From the IMG/VR virus record IMGVR_UViG_3300043399_000509: a stretch of DNA of 64,000 bases, one strand, 5' to 3'. Source of the stretch: a virus. The translations under genes were made by a program, and so were the position numbers. Of the stretch, positions 38,982 through 49,001 are shown in pieces; position 1 is the first letter of the stretch; each line of letters starts with the position of its first letter. The notes beneath the pieces were generated by a model. It was given only the letters and a program-made list of their open reading frames with translations. It had not been told where the DNA came from and did not search any database.

Positions 38982-41822
38982 CTATTCCTCACAGTTCCAT
39001 TTCCTTAGGGATAGGGCCTTTCTGGTTGGACGGCCCTTTTCATCCTTCATTGGTCCTGGCATTCCACCCATACGTGCACAGAATGATTTACGACGTTTCC
39101 ATGACTTGCTGCCCTTCTTGAGCTTTGATGGCTTGGTGGTTACAGCAGTCTGTAGTTTAGAGCCGGGGTTTTCACGTCTATATGATTCAACGCCCTTTTT
39201 ATTTAATCCACCTTCAGGGTTTTTACCTTCTTTACGTTGCCATGCAGGAGATTCTTCACCAACAACACGACCGTCATCATCATCCTTATATCCCTGTGAT
39301 GCGACAGTTCCTTGAGCAATAAACTTGTCCATACCTTCACGAAGCTGAGTAAATGTCTTCTTTTCCTCTGCAATACCATATGTGCCAAAAGGATATACTG
39401 ACATATAGGCACCCTGAGACATTGGTGATACACCTGTTAATCCACCAATAAGAGATGGAGACTTGGCAACACCAAACTCAGGACCAATACTATCAGAGAC
39501 AGGTAATCCTACAGCACCAGAAGCAGTATCTAAAATACCATCCTCCTGGGCTAATACTTTTTTCTTCTTTACAAGCTTCATTTGTTTCTTTGATTCAGGG
39601 ACAAGTGGGTGGCGTATGATAGTTCTTCCTGGTAGAGTATCGCCAGCATCTGGAGCATTATGACCTGATACAATAAACTTTTCAAATTCTTCATTGACTG
39701 ATTTCCAGCCACCACCCTTGGACTTATACCATTTTGATGCCCAACCGTTTGCGTATGCTGATGGATATACATCAAACTTTTGCTTGGCCAAGGATTTTGC
39801 TCTTGCCCATAGTTCTGGATTGGTTGGCTTATTTTCTTCTTCAAGCTTACCCTTCCCAAAGTTGGATACATTTATTGGCTTACCCTTTCTTTCAGGATTA
39901 GGATCATTTCTTCTTTTTGAGGACACGGCGGCTGCTCTTTCTTTTTTGGTTAGCTTTGCTCTTTTTTCATTAGACATACACTTTGGTTTTGGTTCACCTT
40001 CTTCACGGGCACAAGGACCAATGGCTTCACCTTTTGCATTGATTCGCTTCCATCCACCCTCTGGATGCTTGGGATCAAACCATTTTCTAAGGTCCTCTTT
40101 TATGTTTTCTGGTCCAACAGATGTCTTGCGTATTCTAACTAACTTATCACCAACAGTTTTATGTGTTATGATTGGTGTGCCTTTTGGACCTTTCTTTCTT
40201 GGACCATGGAAACCAGAACCCCAATGCTTCAATCCAAGTGATTTGGCCTGTGCGGTCACCTCTGGAGAAACAACAGATGTGATTGTTTTCTTGGTTGGTT
40301 TTTTTGGTGCTGGTGTGCTTGTTGGTGCTGCTACTGTTGGTTTTTTTCTTGCCTTTAGCTTTTGTTCAAGGGCTGTTGCACCGATAGGATTGGATGGTTT
40401 TGATCTTGCCCATTTGCGGATTGTCTTGAATACATTAGTAAACTCACCTTTCTTGGCAAGCTTTTCTTCTTTACTAGCAGTGGAAAGATCAAGTGAGTTA
40501 TCCACATGATGAAAATTTTCATCACCAAACATTTTTTTGTAATGAGGTATTGACTTCTGGGCTTTCTTCCAATACTCTGATCTTGTCTTTTCAGGAACAG
40601 TCCGGCCACCACCTTGACCACGAGCAATATTTCTTTGTTTTGATACAGCATCTGAGGTATTGACAAATACCATTTTGGTATCATAACCCATACCTTCAAG
40701 CTTATCTTTCATCTTTTTGATTTTTTCATGATCATGGCCTGTGGTGTTTATGATGATACCATTTCTTGCATTCAGGTGTAGGTTCTGTCTTGTCTTGGTA
40801 ATACCCTTGGCCTTTTCACGGACTGATGTTCTTTTTGGTTCTTCTTCTGGGGGCATGGTCTTAGAAAGACCTTCCTTACCAAGTAAATGCTCAAAGGCAT
40901 GATCAGAGTTGATTTCGGTTAGGCCATGGCCATATCCTGTTTCTTTGGCAACATAATCCTTACCAGAACCAGGACCACCAGCATAAAACAGAGCCTTATA
41001 TCTTGCTCTGTTTGGTGCCATTTTTGTCATTTCAGCAAGATATTCTTCAACAAGAGCACCAGACTCAAACATCTTTGGATTCTTTTTTCCGTACTTACGC
41101 ATTATTACTCCTGCCTCTGCGTTTGCTTTGTTTTCGATATGACTGCCTGTCTTGCCAGATTCTTCCACATTCTTATCTGTAATCTCACCTTTTTCTTTTT
41201 GACTATGATGAACCAGTTCATGAGCCAATGTCCTTAGCACATCAATGGGATGTCTGTTCTTTGTTTGTATGACAATCTCACTTGTTGCGGGAGAGTATGC
41301 ACCAAAGCTTGAAAACTTTTCATCAGGTGATTTATATCTTACCTTGGGTAATGATTTGATGCCCAGATGATCTGATGCAAACGACACAAATGAGTCCATC
41401 ATAGGACCAAACTCTTTGTGTGTGATTTCTTCGTTCAATGCTTTGATTGTGTTTAAATATTCTTTTGACATTCGTAATAACTCTAATATTGGTAAATCGA
41501 CAATATACGCTTCGGTTGATCCATCCTTATTATGATTTGCCAACCAACGATGATGACCATCCAAAACATAATCATCATTAGACACAATAATCTTATTGCT
41601 TCTATCATCTTCATTTTGAAACATTATATTAGTGATCTTGTCGGCATCAAACTCAGATTGGGTTGACTTGAGATTATTTGTATCAACTGTTCCAGTTTTG
41701 CATTTTACGCCCTTGGTCTTCAAATAGGAAATAAATCCTTTGATGTTATCAGCAGAAAACTGAGGCATCAACTCTCGACTAAGGGTCATTCCTATTTTTG
41801 GAACAGCAATCTGATTTGTCAT
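38982..41822 (-). CDS. multidomain protein: ParB-like, HExxH peptidase-like, P-loop kinase and small C-terminal modules
   Basis: VLDGHHRW; LAHELVH; GGPGSGKD...INSD; YPSAYANGW; SFCARMGG. Confidence 0.75.
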   Translation of the reverse strand: MTNQIAVPKIGMTLSRELMPQFSADNIKGFISYLKTKGVKCKTGTVDTNNLKSTQSEFDADKITNIMFQNEDDRSNKIIVSNDDYVLDGHHRWLANHNKDGSTEAYIVDLPILELLRMSKEYLNTIKALNEEITHKEFGPMMDSFVSFASDHLGIKSLPKVRYKSPDEKFSSFGAYSPATSEIVIQTKNRHPIDVLRTLAHELVHHSQKEKGEITDKNVEESGKTGSHIENKANAEAGVIMRKYGKKNPKMFESGALVEEYLAEMTKMAPNRARYKALFYAGGPGSGKDYVAKETGYGHGLTEINSDHAFEHLLGKEGLSKTMPPEEEPKRTSVREKAKGITKTRQNLHLNARNGIIINTTGHDHEKIKKMKDKLEGMGYDTKMVFVNTSDAVSKQRNIARGQGGGRTVPEKTRSEYWKKAQKSIPHYKKMFGDENFHHVDNSLDLSTASKEEKLAKKGEFTNVFKTIRKWARSKPSNPIGATALEQKLKARKKPTVAAPTSTPAPKKPTKKTITSVVSPEVTAQAKSLGLKHWGSGFHGPRKKGPKGTPIITHKTVGDKLVRIRKTSVGPENIKEDLRKWFDPKHPEGGWKRINAKGEAIGPCAREEGEPKPKCMSNEKRAKLTKKERAAAVSSKRRNDPNPERKGKPINVSNFGKGKLEEENKPTNPELWARAKSLAKQKFDVYPSAYANGWASKWYKSKGGGWKSVNEEFEKFIVSGHNAPDAGDTLPGRTIIRHPLVPESKKQMKLVKKKKVLAQEDGILDTASGAVGLPVSDSIGPEFGVAKSPSLIGGLTGVSPMSQGAYMSVYPFGTYGIAEEKKTFTQLREGMDKFIAQGTVASQGYKDDDDGRVVGEESPAWQRKEGKNPEGGLNKKGVESYRRENPGSKLQTAVTTKPSKLKKGSKSWKRRKSFCARMGGMPGPMKDEKGRPTRKALSLRKWNCEE

Positions 41823-41864
41823 AAAAATCCTTTAGTATGTATATACATTATTTGTATTTATATA

Positions 41865-42845
41865 TTATTCTAATCTAAACTCAATATCATCCGCTTTTGG
41901 CATTGTTTTTAGCGTAAAGTATATTTTGTTCTTTTTGACATCCCTGAAGTTGATATTTCTTCCAGAGGATGATACATAAAGTTTTGTTGACTTCTCCAAA
42001 TCATCGATATCTTCCAACTGTTTTGATGCCTGTGTGGATACAACATCAACCAAAGACCCTGCAATTCTTAGAAACTCATAGATGCGTCTGGAAGCATCGA
42101 CTTTATTTTGAACTATCAGTTTTAGCAGTTCATCACACATATCACGGAGGATTTGACTGCGTTTTTGTTTCTCGGCACCAGTGATAGCTTTCTTTTTTAT
42201 GTCATTATAGTCAGCAATATTTTTCCATTTGATTTCAAAGGCTTCTGCTATGGATACCATCTTATTGTATGATTCGATATTCTTTGGGTCTTCTTCGGCA
42301 GTCTTCAAACTAAATGATAGAGTTTCTGTAAGAACATCTTCAGGTTCTTCATCAGCAATTTGTGCTTGCATGGATACAGTTATTCTACCATTGACCACAG
42401 ATTCACCTTCCGCACCATCCGCTGTTATAACAAATGTTATACCTTCTTCTTTTGAATTATTGAGGTATTCGTCTCGTGCTTTTAGGAGTCGGGCAACTTG
42501 TGGCATCTTGAATGGAGAGGCAAGATTTATAAGTTCATCAATCTTATCGTTTAGGTTTCCGATCTCAGATGACGAGTTATAGAGAATCTTGTTCTTTTCT
42601 GTTCTTCGGGGTCTTGTTGAGATTGATAAAGACACATTGAAGATATCGGCTGGATTACTACCCTTTTCTCTTTTGGCATCCTTGGTGATAATGCCTTCGT
42701 ACTTACCAGATGAAAAAAGTGATGGTTCAACAATAGAACGAGCAGCATTCACATCACTTTTGTTCACTCTACCCTGAGAAACAACAGTACCAATGATTAT
42801 TGCAAAAAGACTTTCAAGAACATCACCTTCACTTAGTTTGGACAT
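41865..42845 (-). CDS. hypothetical protein
   Basis: 326 aa ORF. Confidence 0.6.
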   Translation of the reverse strand: MSKLSEGDVLESLFAIIIGTVVSQGRVNKSDVNAARSIVEPSLFSSGKYEGIITKDAKREKGSNPADIFNVSLSISTRPRRTEKNKILYNSSSEIGNLNDKIDELINLASPFKMPQVARLLKARDEYLNNSKEEGITFVITADGAEGESVVNGRITVSMQAQIADEEPEDVLTETLSFSLKTAEEDPKNIESYNKMVSIAEAFEIKWKNIADYNDIKKKAITGAEKQKRSQILRDMCDELLKLIVQNKVDASRRIYEFLRIAGSLVDVVSTQASKQLEDIDDLEKSTKLYVSSSGRNINFRDVKKNKIYFTLKTMPKADDIEFRLE

Positions 42846-43859
42846 TTAATTATTCGGTCTATATTTCTCAGAATAAGTAGTTTGCTTTACATCACCCAAT
42901 TCTTCTTTACCTGACGATGACGTATTTGGTGTATAGGTTGCAATATGATTTGCCCTTTTACCAGTTCTATGACCATAAAACCTCAGCCCACCTCGCTCTC
43001 TTTTTGCTTCTATGTGGTCGAATGAGTCTAACATATGTTTCCAATTTTCGGTGTGATTTTGAATTTCAGAGCCAGAAGAACCTTTACGTCTTATAGTAAT
43101 TTCATCAAGTCCGGGTGTTTCTGCACTTCTTGTCAATCTTTTCATGGCCATCTTTTTCTTTTCATGGTCCATTCTATTAAAACCTTTTTGGAAAGTATTC
43201 AATAGAACATCTCTTATACCAGACCTAACTTTTCTAAACTCTGGACCTTTTCTTTCGCCCGCTGAACCCAATCTCTTTTTAATTTTTTCTGTTGACTTTT
43301 GTGCCACTGCTTTTATTTTTCCACGTCTTATTTGTTTTTCTTCGGGTGATTCTTCTCCTTTGAACATACCTCTCCTCAATAAACCTAACATTGGACCAAT
43401 GGTCATTTTTCTTAGACTTGGTGTGGATTTGGCATACTTGGCTTGAATACCGATGTGCTTATTCTCATTTGGTTTGCTTGTATTGTGATGAGGATGTTGG
43501 ATGATAACATCTGCTGAACTTTCAATTTTATCTGTATTTGGGTGTTTCATCACTTCAGCAATTTTCTTTTGGCTATCAGCAGTATGAATAGCTTTCATAC
43601 CAGGGACTATTCTTCCCATCTTGTTGTAATGATCATATATTTTTTTAGCATCTTCCTTGGCGTGAAACTCAACTGTGTTCTGTGGGGTTGCTGGTTCTGG
43701 TGCTTTATCAGTTCCATGATGCTGTAAATGATGATTTAGATAATTGGTGAGACTTAGTTCATATTGTTTATCAGGCTTTATAGATGGTTTATTATCACCA
43801 AATAAATCTAATTGCTTTGGATTTTTTGCTTCTGCCAATATCTGTCTAAATGATTTCAT
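42846..43859 (-). CDS. putative internal head protein
   Basis: MKSFRQILAE; SADVII...IGIQAK could be a nuclease-like motif. Confidence 0.6.
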   Translation of the reverse strand: MKSFRQILAEAKNPKQLDLFGDNKPSIKPDKQYELSLTNYLNHHLQHHGTDKAPEPATPQNTVEFHAKEDAKKIYDHYNKMGRIVPGMKAIHTADSQKKIAEVMKHPNTDKIESSADVIIQHPHHNTSKPNENKHIGIQAKYAKSTPSLRKMTIGPMLGLLRRGMFKGEESPEEKQIRRGKIKAVAQKSTEKIKKRLGSAGERKGPEFRKVRSGIRDVLLNTFQKGFNRMDHEKKKMAMKRLTRSAETPGLDEITIRRKGSSGSEIQNHTENWKHMLDSFDHIEAKRERGGLRFYGHRTGKRANHIATYTPNTSSSGKEELGDVKQTTYSEKYRPNN

Positions 43860-44018
43860 CTATGTTATCTCTGCTTACTGGATGGATAGTATAATATTTA
43901 TATTATGGTGTTATCACACACTTGTTATTTCATGTTACTGGATTTTTGAGACAATTTGTCATATATATGTATGTGCGTCAATACGGCGTAGCATAATAAT
44001 TATATGGAGAATATTCGT

Positions 44019-44108
44019 ATGAAGAACTGGACAAAGCCTGAAGTTCGTGAAGTAGGGACAGCAATGGAAGTTACATCATATCTACCAGCAGAGATTGATA
44101 TCATCTAA
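44019..44108 (+). CDS. pqqA: pyrroloquinoline quinone precursor peptide PqqA
   Basis: MKNWTKPEVREVGTAMEVTSYLPAEIDII: W..P start and E-x-x-x-Y core; GGAGA RBS at 44006; own terminator. Confidence 0.88.
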   Translation: MKNWTKPEVREVGTAMEVTSYLPAEIDII

Positions 44109-44113
44109 ACAGT

Positions 44114-44138
44114 AAGGCGGGTAACCCCCGCCTTTTTT
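44114..44138. terminator. intrinsic terminator between convergent pqqA and dps
   Basis: AAGGCGGG-TAACC-CCCGCC-TTTTTT. Confidence 0.75.
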
Positions 44139-44580
44139 ATTTCTTTAATGCTGTGACCTTCAACATCCAACGATGCTTAAAGTGAGCAGTCAGTCTATCC
44201 TGTAGAAAGTTTGAATATCCATACATCTTTTCTTCTTCAGCCATTTCATAAGCCTCAGTAAGTGTTTGAATAACCTTCTCATTTGTGTCGTATAGATTTG
44301 ATACCATATTCTGTGGTGTAGGAATCGAATCACCTTCTTCAAGGGTTGTAAAATCAATAATACGACGCAATGAACCTGGAGCAAATGAATCAAGTTGTCT
44401 CACATGCTCTGCAAGATCATCAACAGCAGTATGAAGTTCTTCATAAAGATCACCAAAGAAATCATGTAGTTGTGGAAAGTCTGGGCCAACAACATTCCAA
44501 TGATAACTATGTGACTGAAAATACATGGTGAATGTATCTGCCAAAACGACCTTGGACTTTTCGATTAGTTCTGCTGACAT
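44137..44580 (-). CDS. dps: Dps/ferritin-like protein
   Basis: HSYHWNVVGPDF..LHDFF...D.LAE...H.KH.WML. Confidence 0.92.
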   Translation of the reverse strand: MSAELIEKSKVVLADTFTMYFQSHSYHWNVVGPDFPQLHDFFGDLYEELHTAVDDLAEHVRQLDSFAPGSLRRIIDFTTLEEGDSIPTPQNMVSNLYDTNEKVIQTLTEAYEMAEEEKMYGYSNFLQDRLTAHFKHRWMLKVTALKK

Positions 44581-44585
44581 AACAA

Positions 44586-44777
44586 TTATTCCTTATATGA
44601 TTGCCACTTATTTATTGGACAGGATGACGACATGATGAGAGACTTGTAGTTCATAAAACACCCACACTTTTTACACCTGCTATTATCTTTTTGATAATGC
44701 TCACATTCATTACAAATCTTCAATCTTTCATCGGCCACTCTTTTACGAGCAGTCCATACAGTATCAAGTAGAGGCAC
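44586..44777 (-). CDS. small Cys-rich protein
   Basis: ERLKICNEC...CKKCGCFM...CPINKW. Confidence 0.7.
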   Translation of the reverse strand: MPLLDTVWTARKRVADERLKICNECEHYQKDNSRCKKCGCFMNYKSLIMSSSCPINKWQSYKE

Positions 44778-45504
44778 TTTTTTTAGGTTTAATCAAAACA
44801 TGATCACCATTATTATTTGTAGTATATTTCCAGCCAAGTTTTCTGCCAAGTCTATTAAAAAAGATTCTCTGGACGCCAATCTTTTTTTCTTTCCCTGATT
44901 GCTTCGGCTCACTATCATACTCTGGGTCTTCTGTGTGGGCCACCAGATGATCTCCTTCACCAACATGATTGCGGGCATGGTGTTCTATTGCTTTAGCAAT
45001 ACCACGCATAGCAGCCTGTCGGCTCTTGGCAGGGAGGTGTTCACTACCCGCTCTGGTTGAAAGTTTTCCACCTACAAAAAAAGCCAACTCATGAACGCCT
45101 TTTTCTTTATCGTGAGTAATGTTTAATTCAACTTGTTTTGACGATCCATCTCTGGTTGGAACAGAAAATATATGATCGTATTCTGTTACTCTTTTATATG
45201 GTGTTACTTTCCATTGTGGTTCTTCCTCGTCCTCGTCTTCTAAAAGAAAACCAAAGACATAATCCCAATCAATATCTTCTTCAAGGTGAGCCTTGTTGAG
45301 TTTGCTGTAGTAGTCTGGTCTTTCACCAAGATGGTCTCTGGCAATCTCGTCAGCAACCTTGGAAGATTTGGTATGTTCTTTTTCTACCTTGTGTCCCATA
45401 CCAAGTTGTCTCTTGATTTGTGCCAGAGAAACATCATGCTTGCTGGCGATCTGTTCAGGAGTCAGGGTCTTGCGATTAAGTAGTTCCTTGATGGTCTTTA
45501 CCAT
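44764..45504 (-). CDS. putative internal head protein
   Basis: G.KVEKEHT...EIARDHLGERPDYYSKL module. Confidence 0.65.
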   Translation of the reverse strand: MVKTIKELLNRKTLTPEQIASKHDVSLAQIKRQLGMGHKVEKEHTKSSKVADEIARDHLGERPDYYSKLNKAHLEEDIDWDYVFGFLLEDEDEEEPQWKVTPYKRVTEYDHIFSVPTRDGSSKQVELNITHDKEKGVHELAFFVGGKLSTRAGSEHLPAKSRQAAMRGIAKAIEHHARNHVGEGDHLVAHTEDPEYDSEPKQSGKEKKIGVQRIFFNRLGRKLGWKYTTNNNGDHVLIKPKKSAST

Positions 45505-46418
45505 TACTTTTTGCTCCCCAAAGTCCTTGCTGCTTCCATTCTAACATATGAATCAGGATCATTTACTAACTTACCAGCATGTTCTGGATGTTTGGCAACT
45601 TCTTTACGAACTTTCCAATGAGGATCATTTACTAACTTACCAGCATGTTCTGGGTATCTAGCTACTGTCCTACGAACTAACTCATCAGGGTCATTTATTA
45701 ACCTACCAGCGATTTCAGATTTTGCTTTTTGTTTTAATTCTTCTTCCTTTTTTTCATTACCAAAAAATGCACCCCATTTACTATTTTGTAGGTGCTCTGA
45801 TTTCTGTAGGTCTGGGTACTGTCTAACAAGATGTCTCAATCCAACTTCATCATTTTTTTCGTCTCTTGCTACAGCATTTTCTCCTTCATGGTAAGCATAA
45901 CGTTTATTATCTGGGGTGTGGATAACATACATTTGGTTTTTTTCTTTACCAGAATATCTATTGAAAAAATTTGTGCCGGTTTTCCCCTTTGAACTAACAC
46001 ACCATTTGGTTCCTTTACAATGTGGTCCTTTTGCTGCTTCTGGTGTTTCTATATGTCTTACTTTTAGACCATTTCCATTATCATAAACGACCGGAGCACC
46101 ACTCTTGGCTGTTTCTGTTTCAGCTTCCTTTGATTCTGCTTTTTCAACATGTGGTTGTAACTGCTGCCGAACATGCTCAAATGAAGGATGCTGACTAAAA
46201 TCTTTTAACTTACCTTGGAGTTTGGAACCATGTTTATCAAAGGCGTTTAGAGTAGATGTTATTTTTTCATTGTCTTTTGGTAAACCTGACATTTTAGCCA
46301 AGGCTGATCCATACTTCACAAGATGTCTATCTGACAGGCCAGCCAAATGTGGATGTTGCTGCCTGAGATCATCAGCCTTACCTTCCAATAATATGGTATA
46401 CTCTAAAAATGACAACAT
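45504..46418 (-). CDS. putative internal head protein with C-terminal HEAT-like repeats
   Basis: MLSFLEYTILLE; GTKWCVS; LVNDP..VR repeats with 22-aa period. Confidence 0.65.
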   Translation of the reverse strand: MLSFLEYTILLEGKADDLRQQHPHLAGLSDRHLVKYGSALAKMSGLPKDNEKITSTLNAFDKHGSKLQGKLKDFSQHPSFEHVRQQLQPHVEKAESKEAETETAKSGAPVVYDNGNGLKVRHIETPEAAKGPHCKGTKWCVSSKGKTGTNFFNRYSGKEKNQMYVIHTPDNKRYAYHEGENAVARDEKNDEVGLRHLVRQYPDLQKSEHLQNSKWGAFFGNEKKEEELKQKAKSEIAGRLINDPDELVRRTVARYPEHAGKLVNDPHWKVRKEVAKHPEHAGKLVNDPDSYVRMEAARTLGSKK

Positions 46419-46690
46419 TATTTTTTGCTCTTTAGTTCTTTGGTAATGGCACGACAGGCATCTCTCATTTTGCTATAGTCAGTGAGCATTACAGTAAGTT
46501 GTGAGCTATCTGGAAGGGATTTTAGTTCTTGTGCTGCCTTTGTCAAGGCATCTTTACTATATTGTTTTAGCACAGGACATTTGGCAAGAACAAGGGTCTT
46601 TGCCTGTTGCTTTTCTTGGGCAGTCATATCAGAAATGGTGGCACAACCACCAAGCATCAATGCAGATGCTAAAATAAAAATATTTTTCAA
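46418..46690 (-). CDS. lipoprotein, o-spanin candidate
   Basis: LGGC lipobox; follows a TM-anchored coiled-coil gene. Confidence 0.6.
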   Translation of the reverse strand: MKNIFILASALMLGGCATISDMTAQEKQQAKTLVLAKCPVLKQYSKDALTKAAQELKSLPDSSQLTVMLTDYSKMRDACRAITKELKSKK

Positions 46691-46914
46691 AACGAACCAT
46701 CCTCCATTTTTTTTATAACATCTTCTTTTGTTCTATCCTGGGATAGAATCTCTGTTTGCCTACGATTTATTTCAATTTCTTCTTTGGCAAGTTCAGCCTT
46801 GGCTTTTTCTTCACCCCAGGACACCAATCTTAACTCTTTGAAATAATCAGCAAATCTGTTGAATAGTCCTAGGGCACCATTAAGGAGCCCTAGGATGACT
46901 GACATAAAAGTCAT
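46687..46914 (-). CDS. i-spanin candidate
   Basis: N-terminal hydrophobic helix plus charged helical tail. Confidence 0.5.
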   Translation of the reverse strand: MTFMSVILGLLNGALGLFNRFADYFKELRLVSWGEEKAKAELAKEEIEINRRQTEILSQDRTKEDVIKKMEDGSF

Positions 46915-46921
46915 TTATATC

Positions 46922-47104
46922 CTACCGCATACCGGGAGGAGTTGTGGTGATGGCACGCATTACTGCCATTAGAACAGCCATAATAACAGTTGCCCAACCA
47001 GCGGAAGGGTCTGTTAGAACGGCATTCCAATCAACAATGGCAAGAGCACCAAACATAGCAGCAAGGGCTGCTACAATATATGTACGATAACCTACAAGAT
47101 TCAT
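46922..47104 (-). CDS. holin-like two-TM protein
   Basis: GYRTYIVA...R.ITTTPPG with two TM segments. Confidence 0.6.
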   Translation of the reverse strand: MNLVGYRTYIVAALAAMFGALAIVDWNAVLTDPSAGWATVIMAVLMAVMRAITTTPPGMR

Positions 47105-47670
47105 TTTATCATTCTCCTTTCAAGAGATATTTTCGTATATTTAGTGACTAAATGATTTAGACGATTACTCAGGCTTTACTTCTTCAACAACTGGTTCAGC
47201 AACAGGAGCTTCTACTGGATTATCATGTGAGGTTGAAATAGCAGCAGCAAGAGCATCTGTTGATGCATCAAGCTTGGCAACCAGATCATCAAGAGCTGAT
47301 GTGTCGATCTTTTCTTCGTTCTTTACCTTTAGTTCTTCGGTAACAGCCTTTAGTTCGTCTGTTAGTTTGGCAATAAACTGTATTGCTGATTCATGGACTG
47401 TCTGTACTCGTGTGACTTCTGCGGCAAGGGCTTCTACATTAAGGCTCATTTGGTTCATCCTTCCTTCTAAGATTAGAACTAGCTTCTGTATATTCACATC
47501 GACACTGGCATTATCATATGGTGGAAATATATGTTCGTCCCTAAACTCTTTGATTTTTACCGAAACTTTCGATAACAGGCACTTCAAAGGATCAAGGTTT
47601 AGACTAAAAGAGTAAGATTTCATGGGATTTGATACCTCATATAGTGGTGGATTCCTATCCACCACAAAGG

Positions 47671-47684
47671 TATTTATATAAATA
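47671..47684. promoter_or_regulatory. overlapping divergent T4 late promoters
   Basis: Palindrome TATTTATATAAATA gives TATAAATA on both strands. Confidence 0.7.
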
Positions 47685-47717
47685 TGATGCTATTAGAAGC
47701 CAATAAAGGAAATAATT

Positions 47718-48014
47718 ATGCCAACCAAAACTGTAAAAGAAAATGTAACAATAACATACTCAAATGGAGTAATAACAATAACAGGAAAAACATTTTCTTT
47801 GGAGGGTGTTGTGCCTTCTTCAGAACTGATGTCTGTCTATTGGGGCAGTAAAGGAAAAGGCACGGCCAAACTATCTGTTAAGATAGATGAACCCGTGCCA
47901 GTTAAAAAGCCAGAAGTTAAGGTTTTAAGAGATTATATCAATGACCTTGCAGATCAAGGTCTAACAGAAGATGAAATTTTTGCTAGTAAAATCTCTATGC
48001 CCGAGACTGATTAA
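47718..48014 (+). CDS. hypothetical protein
   Basis: AAGGA RBS; late promoter upstream. Confidence 0.65.
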   Translation: MPTKTVKENVTITYSNGVITITGKTFSLEGVVPSSELMSVYWGSKGKGTAKLSVKIDEPVPVKKPEVKVLRDYINDLADQGLTEDEIFASKISMPETD

Positions 48015-48195
48015 GTTTACTTAGAAGCTGTTTCTTTGTGTATCTCAAATCATTGATTTCTGTGTGACGATACTGAAGCTTCTGTTTAGTTTCTTTTAAT
48101 TCTCTTTTGAGTTGTTCGTTTTCTTCTTGAAGATTTTGAACAAGAGTTTTGACAGACTTTAACATCTATATCATACCTTTTGTTGTTTAAAAAAT

Positions 48196-48290
48196 TGGCG
48201 ACCCGTTAGCCGTCCGGATTTGGAACCCTGGACAATGACCCCCAACCATACTCTAGAACTTCGGTTGGGACTTATATACCGCTACGAGCC
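48196..48290 (-). ncRNA. tRNA-like structured RNA ending in CCA
   Basis: GGCTCGT/ACGGGTC-G-CCA closing stem, CCCAACC/GGTTGGG hairpin, T-loop-like GGTTCCAAATCC. Confidence 0.5.
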
Positions 48291-48353
48291 GAGAGCGGTT
48301 GGAGCAAATGGCAGTCACGAGTTCAAAGTTCGTTTTACCATTTTCTATTTATA

Positions 48354-48430
48354 TGGCGATCCCGGCAGGATTTGAACCTGCGACCTAATGCTTAGAAGGC
48401 ATTTGCTCTATCCAACTGAGCTACGGGACC
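48354..48430 (-). tRNA. tRNA-Arg(UCU)
   Basis: Loop CTTCTAA, CCA end. Confidence 0.93.
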
Positions 48431-49001
48431 TGACTTTATTCATCATGTTCACTTAATATAGCACGCTTTTCTTGGATTGTCAACTCATTAAAATGCTTCC
48501 GGGGATTTCCACACACCCAACACGAGCAAGAAGCAAGATGATCTGCATTTTTGATGATTGCTTCTTCTGGTATATTCATAAACCAACTGCTCTGTTCAGC
48601 AAACCTAATCGCCTTTTGTTTCTGTACCTGATTTCGGTAGCGGCGTTCAGCTCGCTTCTTGTTCTTGGTTGGAAAGTCGTTCATGAAGTTCCTTTCTATC
48701 TTCTTCCTCGGCCAGAAGCCCTCTATGAATAAGATTGTGTATGGACATATACCCACTATCCATTCCTATCATATAGGCTTCTGGTCCGAAGTTAAACACA
48801 TCATACAATACATAACGAAAGCTGCCTTGTTCTTCAATATCTCCCTTGAAGATTCTTTTACATACTGAATAGAAAGCTTTTAGTTTATCGTCTGGTGACA
48901 TAGCAGACCAAAAAGAATCTGCATCACTGTCGTATAGTACTGACTGTTGACGCCATACTTGTGCTACATTTTCTAATTGTTCTGCTATGTCTTTTGCCAT
49001 A

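Noticed and set aside
39694-40509. 271-aa plus-strand ORF
   Set aside because: It is an antisense shadow of the 946-aa gene, with no RBS or recognisable motif.
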